This document shows positions 53,703-64,000 of a DNA stretch of 64,000 nucleotides, piece after piece; position 1 is the stretch's first letter, and each line of letters starts with the position of its first letter. The stretch spans positions 90,886,104 to 90,950,103 of the forward strand of contig NC_081361.1 of the NCBI RefSeq assembly GCF_030684315.1. Reading direction: 5' to 3'. A program made the position numbers and the translations under genes. The notes beneath the pieces are model-generated. The model had not been told where the DNA came from. It was given only the letters and a program-made list of their open reading frames with translations, and ran no database searches. The stretch comes from Stegostoma tigrinum (taxonomy: Eukaryota).

Positions 53703-53810
53703 GTGATAATGGGAACTGCATGAAGGGTCTAGGCCTGAAACGTCAGATTTTGTGCTCCTGAGATGCTGCTTGGCCTGCTGTGGTCATCCAGCTTCACACT
53801 TTGTTATCTT
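53703..53810. mobile_element. Smallest Penelope-like insertion (about 17-nt tail + inverted terminus), intronic
   Basis: gataatgggaactgca joined to tgaagggtctagg...ttatctt; perfect TSD cttctacttttta 53690-53702 / 53808-53820. Confidence 0.88.
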
Positions 53811-53899
53811 CTACTTTTTAAGCCAGATATTAGCTAAAACATTCCGCTCGCCAGAAAAATATGTAAAAATCTCATCTCAAGAATCTAATTACAAGTGTT

Positions 53900-54530
53900 A
53901 AGGAGACCGCAGATACAGAGTCAATAAACGTGGAAACGGACAAACACGTCCGTCAGCTTCTGAAGAGTAGGAAAGTCAACGTTTTGGGCCAAAACCCTTT
54001 GCCAGGGCTGAGGGGGAAGAGGGGAGCCTAGAAATAAATAGAGGAAGGGGATGGGGAAGGGGAAAAGGTAGGCGGGATAGTGATAGGTGAATGCAGATAA
54101 GGGGTTATAGTGGTTAGTCAGTGTGAAGGGTCAGGCAGATATAGGAGTAAGAAGGTGGACAATTAGGACAGATTGGGGAGGCAGGACATGGGATAAGACT
54201 GGAGTAGAGATATTTTGAAGCTGAAGAAGTCAATATTCAGGCCGTTGGGCTCAAGATCCCATGGTGAAATATTCAGGTATTGTTCCTCCAGTTTACGTTT
54301 GCCCTCACTCTGACAGTGGAGGTGCCCAAGGATGGGCATAACACCAGGGGAGCAGGAGGGAGAATTGAAGTGGATGGCAACTGGAAGGTCAGGTTGGTTG
54401 GTGTTTGCGGAGCATCTGCTCTCTGCACACTGGTCCCTTAGTCTGTGTTTCGTCTCCCCAAGGGAGTTCTAGGGGCAAGTGCTACACAGAACAGTACTGG
54501 ATGTGGAGGAGAGGTTGGTGGGCAGTGTAG
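53900..54530 (-). mobile_element. Degenerate Penelope-like 3' fragment, intronic
   Basis: G-rich terminus and GIY-YIG-like remnants similar to 1215-1950; decayed hammerhead at 53978-54005. Confidence 0.7.
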
Positions 54531-55002
54531 AGGTGTAAGAACATATTTTCTGACTATTTAATTCCCACATTAAAAAACAGTACTATATTTTTAAATGCCC
54601 AAGTGATGGACAGACGATAGAATTCAACTGAAATTATCTACACATTAAGCTAACTGCACAATCAATAGCTTTCTACAACTTACAAGTATGAATGTAAATG
54701 TGTAATCTCATTTGAAATTGACTAAGTGTAAAAGAAAATGGCAACTGTCATCTCAAAAGTCTAGCAATAGGATCCAATGGACAGTTTACGATCATTCAGT
54801 CAATAGGTTTTTCCACAGACTGCAATGAATTGCGAGTGGAATTTAAAACAAAAACATTTTTTCTTGTATGTCTTGGTGTAAGCTTTTTTCTTTTAAACGC
54901 CGAAACATCAAAAAGAAAGTTGTCAAAAGAGGTTGCATGGGTCAACCATCAGTTGTGTTTGTGCAGCTTTTTGAATGTCACTTTCTAGCATACAGTTTAT
55001 AG

Positions 55003-55184
55003 ACTGCCTACAGTGTGGAAGCAGGCCCTTTGGCCCAACAAGACCACACCAACCCGCACAGCATTCACCCAGACCCATTCCCCTATAACCCACCTAATTT
55101 AGACATCTCTGAACACTATGGACAATTTCCCAGGGCCAATCCACCTAACCCGCACATCCTTGGACTGTGGGAGGAAACTGGAGC
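55003..55184 (-). mobile_element. HE1/V-SINE 3' half
   Basis: cctacagtgtggaagcaggcc...ggactgtgggaggaaactggagcac. Confidence 0.75.
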
Positions 55185-56126
55185 ACTATTTTCTATAGTA
55201 GCAGTTCTCCTTTGGCTAACGGTAAGCTTGTAGAGCCCCCAGATGTGAGTCAACACCTGTAGGAATTGCACATTTAAGAGGAGAAAGGCATTGATCTAGA
55301 ATTAAATCACTGCAGACTTTGTGCAATCTTAATTTGTAAAATTGATAACACTGCATATTAAAGAATTAAAATAATTTAAAAATTATATGCAGAAGAAACA
55401 GCTTCAAAATTAATTTTTAAACCTATTATGCAGAACTGCTTAAGCATTCTAATCTATGGTTATCAATAACTACGAATGTAATTATCAACGACAAAAGTGC
55501 ATAGCTTGACTTTACATTTAATCATTTAAATTGCCCAATATCAACACTTGCAGTGAAAGAACCAGATTGAACAGCAATCCATTTTAAAAATAGCAACATT
55601 AGCATCAGACTATACAGCACAGACTGATGCTATTTCCTAATGATCAAATACAGATACTCTTTTCTCCCCCCACCCATTCCTGAACAGCAAGTTCTCGACT
55701 TTAGCCCGTCACAAAATCCAACTGTCACTCAGCCTCCCAATGCCTGACTCAATAGTTAGATTGACAGCTATTTCAGTGCAGCTCACTTATAGCAGAAGGG
55801 ATGCAGAAGAAAACAGAACTATGATCCAAAAGGCATGGAACTCAGTTGTAATTATACCGGTGTGTTGCACAATGGCATCCTGAAGCTCCATGGGACGAGA
55901 AAGCTGATTTATAATGGGACTACATTTTTGTAAGAGAGCTGATTATTGGCAGATATTTAAGAAAATAACTATTTTTGAAGTCAACATTTACTTATAGCTG
56001 CTACTCAAAAACCAAATTCTCAAACTTTTTTTTTGAAGAGCAATTCAAATATTAATCAGTTACTGTGCCCTAAACACTTTAGAAGGTTCAGGTTTATTAC
56101 AAGAAAACAGCTTTACTTTTACTTAC

Positions 56127-56150
56127 TTTCGTCACCTCCTCTGCCCAAAG
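56127..56150 (-). CDS. SH3GLB1: Endophilin-B1 24-nt alternative microexon (mammalian exon 7 equivalent)
   Basis: tgcttgacag|CTTTGGGCAGAGGAGGTGACGAAA|gtaagt = LWAEEVTK (mammalian IWAEEVTK from memory); phase 0-0. Confidence 0.9.
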
Positions 56151-58919
56151 CTGTCAAGCATTTAAACAAACAACAAAGTCACAAATTTGCAATATATTTG
56201 TCAGATGCACAGACTTTTTAAAATAAGATGGATGACAGATATACAAGTGTAATATGCTAATTACTGCTCAACAAAAGAACCATAGAAGCAAAACATACCC
56301 ATGGAAACAAAATTAAATTGAACCGGAGCAGCAGGTGATGCACAGTCTTAATGTGAAGACAAGTTTTGAACTTCAAGTTAACATCATACTCTTGTCAACT
56401 GAGATTCACAACTCTTCTGTCATACTTTAAATCAGATAATCAATTTTTAGGAAAATGCTTGCTAATTTCTGAAGGTTTTGAACAAAATGCTAAAATCCTT
56501 TCCTCAAAAATTTTGAAAAGTATCTTATCATTAAAATATCAAAAGAAAAGTAAGTCACCAATGCTGCCCAAAAATCAATAAGATACATAATAGTTCTCGG
56601 AAGAACTGTTCATATTACAATAATGTGTCAAAGCGAAAAGTGCTGTAACAAAGCAAAAAGTAGAGACCTGCGTGTCTGTATGCAGAATGCAGTGATTTAC
56701 TACATGATTCCTACAAATGGAGGAGCGGTCAAGCAGCAATCATCACGGATTTCAACCAAATGTTGTTGTCGAAAGATACTGATTATCAGAGAAAGTCGTG
56801 AGCCAGCTGTCTTGTGGGTTGCCCGATACAACTATGATAATGGAAGTGGAAGGATCACTGAGATTGGAGTTCAATGAGAAACTTCCAAAATGTTCAGTGT
56901 CTCGTATGCAGCTGAGCCAGTATTTTTGCTAAGTTATTCCATACCATAAAATTACAATAAACTGAAAGGGTACAACAATGTTTTAAAGCCTGAATTGCTT
57001 CATTGAAACACTGGTTTTTGGGAAATCCTAAATAGCCGTTTCGAACACAAAGCAGCATCTCAAGACAATAAAAGAATACTCTGTCAATAACTGTTTAGCT
57101 CAACAAACCAATAATGCTGACTGTAAAGTAGTCTATTCCTGGTGATGCAAAAACAGTTTAAACATCATTTCAATCCAATACAATTAAGAAAGGGTTCAAC
57201 AAACTGGATCTTGTGAAACTGTTGCACTTGCTAGGGGTAAGCCAGAACAAGGGAATAATCACGCAAGATAACCATTGTTACAAAGATATAATTATGAGTT
57301 TTACACAAGTGGCATGAATGAGGAATGTGCTGGCACATGAAGCGATTCAAGCAGACAGTAGTGAAGCATTCATGGGGCAATACCAGCAGACAGGGTGAGA
57401 AGTGGAAATTATAATCAGAGCAGGGTCACGTGCAGTCCAAACATCAGCACAGACCATTTGGGCCAAGGGCTTATTGCTCTGTATAAAGGGTCTACGTAAT
57501 ACTGTAGCTATTCTTCAGGTACTGTATTGAAACATTCACTTAATGTAAACATTGGTAACATCATACCTCATGTTACAACATATCAGTTTACATGTATACA
57601 AAGCAAATTTTCAGCTCAGACCAGCTGTCCACAAAGCAGGAAAATAGATAGACAGGCAGCAAATGCAGGCAATGATGTTTTCTGAAAGAAGGGACAAACA
57701 GCTTGTAAAGCCCATTTGCCTCGAATATTTTCTTAAAAGAGGAAGACATCCATCCTCCCTAAGACGGGCAAGGAGCACGGTAGAAAGTGAAACTTTGGGA
57801 GACACAGAAGGCTGACAACTGTGAGACAGTACATTCTCCAATGGGACAGTCCAGTGCAATTTTAGATGGTCACAGAGGGGAATATGTCCCTGGGTTGCTA
57901 CTGCACATCTTATAGCTGTGGGATCCAAAGTGATTTTGCCATAATCTCAACAAACTGATCCAACATGACAATTCTAAAGGAGATTAAAGAACCCCAACCT
58001 CTATGTGTCCTGGTAACAAGTCTGTACAATTCTGCAGTACGTACATAAAGTACTACAAGGTTAGTGTTGAACATGGTTATTGATACACCTAAGATTATCA
58101 AGAACTGCTGTAAGTGTTAAGCAGCAGCTGGGTACATCTAAAGTTTAGACAGCACAACGTGAAGTTTTCCCATTTTGAACTGCAACATCAGCTTATCTTC
58201 AACCATAAGCTTTAGCTATATCACCACTTACTACTAAAATGCAAATTTTCAGGTCTTGTTTCTACTTAACCTTCTTCAGTAGCAAATGATTAAAATCATT
58301 AGGTACCAAAAGATACTAACTGCATAATTCTGTATATAACTCCAACATGTGACAACAGCTGTGAATTTTTGCAAATATTTAAGAAAATTTGATGTGAACA
58401 TTCAGTACTGAAAGGGTCAATGCAAAAATTGTATAATTACAGAATACTAAAATCGTACAATTCCAGAGGCCACAGGGGTGGGGGTCAGAAACGGTGTTGG
58501 GAGTAAACACAAGGACAGCTATACCTCCTCTTGCTATCAAATGTCAATTATTCAATGGCAGTCACAACATGCAACTTTACCAAGAATTAAAACAAAAGGT
58601 GAAGTATTTTAGCAGGACAAATGATGCATCCATCTGGAATTGAGCAAATTTTGCTTCTCCTCCCAACTAAAATTAGAGAGGAAGATTTATTTAAATGTTA
58701 AAGCCCCAAGGAAAAGAAAATTGAAAATCTAGATAAATTCACTGCAATAAAGTAGGGAGATCAAGTTTTAAAACGAGTACAAAACTACTAACTCAAATCT
58801 ATCTCGTTTAGTAGTTTACGCGAGATAACAAGTGCAAACTTGTCAACCCAGGATCACCAGGTTGTGATAGCAAGAGTAAGCATTCAAGTATAAATTCAAA
58901 ACACACAAGGCCAACAAAC

Positions 58920-59006
58920 CTTCAGCCATGTTACATGCAGCAAGTTGAGCATGTAAGAGAAATTTACCATAAAGTTGTCTCCTTCAGCTTCATAAGCGTT
59001 TAGTTG
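58920..59006 (-). CDS. SH3GLB1: Endophilin-B1 alternative exon 6 (long form 87 nt; short form 58968-59006, 39 nt)
   Basis: ttctag|QLNAYEAEGDNFM|VNFSYMLNLLHVTWLK|gtttgt with internal donor ATG|gtaaat; resembles mammalian QLNSARLEGDNIM/VNFSYMLNFLHVKWLK. Confidence 0.9.
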
Positions 59007-60124
59007 CTAGAACATTCAAGTAAAGTAAACAAGGACAAGAGACAGTCATATTAGCCAAATGACAATAACTTAAGCTGTAAAGCTGAAGAGGCGCACACTG
59101 TATAAAATACAGTATACTTTAATCAACAGTGGATTCAGGTTCACTATGTTAATATCATATTGTATGGTAGAATAATGCACTGTTTTAGAAATCAAACTTC
59201 TCAACTATGATTCACACAGATGTTTGAGGAAGCAACAGTGCCTTGTCTAACCTGTCATGTGAGAGCGTTCATGTACTGGCCAGTTATTTAATTGGAGGCA
59301 CCAACACCAAAACAAATTCTTTTCTTACCAACCAGCCATTGACAAATCAGTGGACAGTGTTGTAATCTGGTATGGGATTTGTGAATTTTTTTTCTCTGCT
59401 CTGTAGCCTCAGGATTATTTATTTGCACCCAATTGCTTTGGTAGCTGGCATCTGCTAACTCCCAGTTGTATACCTGGTCTAAATGCCTATTAACTTGATG
59501 TTAAGACACTCATCTAGATTTTATCATAGTCCGAGCCCAAATCAGTGTGAACAGCTACATTAAGCTCATCAACTGAATTAAATAGCAACACCCTCACTCA
59601 CATGGGTAAGAAAGTATAACACACAGATTGATTGTTGCTGACATGATCATGTTGTGAATACAGACCTGCTATTCTTTCAACCATTCCAAAAAACAGTATC
59701 ATGGCTTTTTGAACTATTTGAGAACTTACTCTAACAGAGTCAAGCTTTTAAAATAACTTATACAATTATTCAGTATCAAAATAATAGCATTTTAGTTTAC
59801 TTAAACTCAAAGTCAAACTAATTTTTGCACTTCTGAAAGGTGTGTAGAAGTGGAATGCGTTCAAACTGGCATCAGAATTAAACATTTATAACTCAAATAT
59901 TGTACGTGGCAAATGAGAAATAGTCTTGACCATGCACCTACCACATGCTTTACTCTGCAGCACAAAGCCATACTACTTCAGCAACTTCCTTTCAATTACC
60001 TATATCCTTCAGCATTATTAAAATCTAACAATACAAGAAAGCTCAAAAAGTGAGGAAAGGTCTTTTGGCTAATCAATTCTTGCTTAAGTACATTAATTGT
60101 GTTGTAGAATCTAGAATCTAGAAT

Positions 60125-60320
60125 CATGAAATCCTAAAATCCCTACAGTGCAAAAAGAGGTCATTTGGCCCATTGAGTCAACACCGACCCTCTGAAGCGC
60201 ATCCTACACAGACCAACGCCCCCATACGCCCGTACTTGTCATGGCTAACCTACCTAGGCTGCCCCGGACACTACGGCACAATTTAGCATGGCCAATCCAG
60301 CAACCAGCACATCTTTGGGC
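60125..60320 (-). mobile_element. HE1/V-SINE 3' half
   Basis: ccctacagtgcaaaaagagg...tttagcatggccaatcc. Confidence 0.7.
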
Positions 60321-60654
60321 ATCCAAATATCTGCACATCTAAATATAGTTAAATAACCCTACTCACTTTTCTTCTAAGCCTTGTGATAGTAGATTTACCA
60401 AGCATATTTTACTTTAGAATAAATATATTTTTCTTGGTATCAGTTGCTGGTCTCTAACAGATCAGCAATAAAAAAAAGTTGGGATAGAGAACAAGGAGGA
60501 AAACTTTTACCAATCATTTTGAGACAAATTCTGGCATGAAAACTGGAGAGATGACGGAATACTGTGCAATCAGTGAGCGAACCACTTTGTCATTCTTATT
60601 AGGAGCCGTTTAAGAAATATCCAATGAATCATCTGACTTCTTCAATGATGGGGC

Positions 60655-61365
60655 CACAATCTGTTAATGTGATATACCGTATCTGTTGTTCCCCTTGCGG
60701 CTTCCTCTACATTGGGGAAATCAAGCGGAGGCTCAGGGACCGCTTTGTGGAACACCTACGCTCAGTTCGCAACAAACAACTACACTTCCCAGTCACGAAC
60801 CACTTCAACTTCCTCCTCCCCAAAACTCCTCGGATGACATGCCCATCCTGGGCCTCCTGCATTGCCACAACGATGCCACCCGAAAGATGCAGGAACAGCA
60901 ACTCGTATTTCGCTTGGGAACCCTGCGGCCCAAGGGTATCAGCCTGGGCTTCACAAGCTTCAAAGTCTCCGCTCCCCCGACCACATCCCAAAACCAGCCC
61001 AGCTAGTCCCCGCCTCCCTACCCATTCCTCCCACCTCAGGCCCCATCCCTATCTCCTCCCCACTAACCTTATCCCACCTCCTTGACCTGTCCATCCTCCC
61101 TGGACTGACCTATCCCCTCCCTAACTCCCCATCTACAATCACCTTCACTGGCTCTAACCCTGCCTCTTTGACCAGTCTGTCTCCTCTCATCCTTTCTTCT
61201 CCTCTATTCATCTTCTTTCTGGCTCCCCGTCTCCCTATTTATTTCAGAATCCCCTTCCCCTCGCCCATTTGTGAAGAAGGATTGCGACCCGAAACGTCAA
61301 ACTTTCCTGCTCCTTTGATGCTGCTTGGCCTGCTGTGTTCATCCAGCTTCACACCATATTATCTC
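60655..61365 (+). mobile_element. Penelope-like 3' fragment, diverged, intronic
   Basis: ORF 60624..61085 VIYRICCSPCGFLYIGEIKRRLRDRFVEH; terminus with gaagaagg...cccgaaacgtc. Confidence 0.88.
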
Positions 61366-61629
61366 TACATTCTGTTATGCCTTCCTTCAGTCACGATCAC
61401 CAAATGTTCTACCTTTTCCTGGGTGACTGATCTCTCTCAATCTTATTTTCCCAATCCTAAGGATGTGGGATTCTGACAAAGCTACTTAACTGCAAGTTTC
61501 CGTACCGACCAATCTGATTCATCCTTGTGATAAGCCCAAAAAGAGAGCCACGTAGAATGCAGACGAAAAATCACAATCTGTACGTGTGGCAACCATCCCC
61601 TGAAAAACTCAAAGTGTATTAAGAAGTTT

Positions 61630-62240
61630 ATGAGAATCAGAGTTATACAGCACAGAAACAGGCCCTCTGGTCTAACTCGTCCAAGCTGACCAGCTACCCT
61701 AACTATTATAGTACTATTTCCCAGAATTTGACCCATTTCCCTCTAAACCTTTCCCATTGCGGCCTTTTAAATGGTGCCGTTGTGCCCATCTCACCATCTC
61801 CTCTGGCAGCTCATTCCATACATGCACCACTGTGTGAAAACATTGCCCCTCAGGTCGTTTTTAAACTCTTTTCCCCTCTCACCTTAAACCTGTGCCCTCT
61901 AGTTTTGGACTCCCCCACCCCAGTGAAAAGACCGTGTCTACTTACCCTATCTATGCCCCTCATGATTTTATAAGTCTCTATAAGGTCACCCTTCAGCCTC
62001 CAACACTCCAGGGGAAAAAATCCCCAGTTTATTCAACCTCGCCCTACAGCTCAAACTCCACCCGCCCCCAATCAGAGCAATATCTTTGAAAGGGTTCACA
62101 AAAGATTCACAAGTTTAACAACATTCTTCCTCTCACAGGGAGACCAGTATTGTATGCAGTATTCTAAAAGTGTGCTCACCAATGTCCTGTATAACTGGAC
62201 CATGATGCTCCAAACCCCACACCCAATGCACTGACCAATA
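61630..62240 (-). mobile_element. CR1 3' fragment
   Basis: Antisense pattern LTLNLCPLVLDSP...LSMPLMIL, as in other CR1 copies. Confidence 0.8.
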
Positions 62241-63027
62241 AGGCTTCTGTGAGAATCCTTCTCCCTTTATTGCCTTGCACGGATCTCTGCCGAGAGGTCA
62301 TTAATGTACTTTCTATCTATTTGTCCGGGCATTACCACCACAACTCACCCACTGCCCTATTTACTACATAGATATGGTGGGGGTCAAAGGCCCAGCAATT
62401 TCAAGAAGTGCAACATCAATATTATAATTATCCATAGCAACTTGAATTAGGAATTTTCTTGGATTTTTATGAAGTGATATGTTATAGGGCCTTTCATAAC
62501 ACCCAAACTATATGACTTCATATTCACCCTCACTTTAAGAGATACAACTGAACTTGGATTCAGTTAGCCATTGCAGAATCTAAATGTCTCAAGGGTCGGC
62601 ACGAGGCTGTCCATTTTCTATTCAAGGCAGACAAACGGGAACTCTCTCTACTGGCGAAAAATTAGCAACTGTGGAGTAGCAAAGGAATTTAGGCATCCAT
62701 GTAGGTTATATTACAAGGATCAGTTATGTAAGCTTGGTTTACAAAAACTGAAATTACGAAGTTTAATGCATGGAATCAACCTCCTAATGACTGTCATAAA
62801 GTGTGGCTACATCGTGGCTTAAACACTGCTACCAAAGGCCATGTCATTTGAATTTATCAATCTGATATTCAATGCTTCTGCCAAAGGTGGACGCTCCAGA
62901 CATAAGTTTCTGCTTTTTCATATTCCGGAGGCTTTTGCTCTGCACGGCTCCAGATTGGAGCTGAACACAGTAGACATTTAAACACAGATTCCATGTACAA
63001 CCTACAGACCACGTTCGCAAATAACAG

Positions 63028-63422
63028 ACTTGCATTCATATAACAACTTTCATGGCCTCAGTGTTCAATGAACTGTTTTTCAAGTGTAGCCCTACTGTAA
63101 TGTCTGAGCCAGTCAAATTGTACACAGCAATTACACAACTGCAATGTGATAGTGACCAGGTGATCTGTTTACGTGACAGTTGAGGGATGAAAATAGTGTT
63201 TACCCAAATATAGTCCCCTGCAAGTTTTCAAAATAATATTTGGAATCTTTAACACCCGAGGTCATCTTGCTTGAAGGTGCAAATGAGCCTTTGGTTTAAC
63301 ATCTCATCCAAAACTCATCTTTGAAATGTGCAACACAATCACCAAGCACTGCATTTACATCTCTGTAGTAGGACTTGAATCTATAACTTGTTGATGTAGA
63401 GAAAAAAGATAACCCACTGAAT
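63028..63422 (-). mobile_element. Deu-domain SINE, degenerate, intronic
   Basis: cttgcattcatataacaac tail; gccttggtttaacatctcatcc core; ggacttgaatc B box. Confidence 0.6.
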
Positions 63423-63524
63423 CCTGAACGATACCAAAATTGTTTGCAGTATGCTACACATCTCAAAAAGTACAACATTTATTATGGAAAAAAAACACAA
63501 TTTTTAAAAAATTTAATGTGGACA

Positions 63525-64000
63525 TTAAATGATGACACGAAGATTGGTGGAGTAGCAGAATGTGAAGGGGACTGTCGGAGATTACAGCAGAATATAGATA
63601 GACTGGAGAGTTGGGCAGATAAATGGCAGATGGAGTTCAATCTGGGAAAATGTGAGGTGATGCATTTTGAAAGATCTAATTCAAGAGTGAACTATACAAT
63701 AAATGGAAAAGTCCTGGGGAAAACTGACGTACAGGCAGATCCGGGTGTTCAGGTCCATTGTTCCCTGAAGGTGGCAACGCAGGTCAACAGAGCGATCAAG
63801 AAGGCACATGGCAAGCTTTCCTTCATCGGATGGGGTATCAAGTACAAGAGTTGGCAGGTCATGTTACAGTTGTATAAGACTTTGGTTCAGCCACATTTAG
63901 AGTACTGTGTAATGTGGCGACCAGAAATGTACCAAAAGGATGTGGATGCTTTGGAGAGGGTGCAGAGGATGTTCGCCAGGATGGTGCCTGGTATGGAGGG
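63525..64000 (+). mobile_element. CR1 RT fragment running off the window
   Basis: DDTKIGGV...LQQNIDRLESWADKWQMEFN. Confidence 0.88.

Noticed and set aside
55612-55632. Resemblance to miR-21 (cagactgatg)
   Set aside because: Seed does not match and the hairpin is far too short for a pre-miRNA
62844-62965. Possible extra SH3GLB1 exon (LQSGAVQSKSLRNMKKQ...)
   Set aside because: No similarity to endophilin, weak acceptor, ends in a stop without a donor

Overview
Vertebrate DNA, almost certainly from a shark (elasmobranch-type HE1/V-SINEs, Deu-domain SINEs, CR1 LINEs). A large part of the window is transposon-derived. The only host gene I can support is the 3' half of SH3GLB1 (endophilin-B1/Bif-1) on the minus strand, about 47.5-59.0 kb; its upstream exons appear to lie beyond 64 kb. 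Six exons are readable, including an alternative exon with two donors (39/87 nt) and a 24-nt microexon (LWAEEVTK), matching the mammalian neural Bif-1b/c exons as I recall them. The richest system is a young Neptune-type Penelope-like element (RT + Cys linker + GIY-YIG), present as about 11 insertions. Its terminus carries a minimal hammerhead ribozyme. Insertions end at one of two fixed points about 30-35 nt apart, often as inverted pairs, with 7-17 bp TSDs and microhomology at the internal end. Exon, ribozyme and TSD coordinates were counted from the sequence; boundaries of old repeats are approximate.
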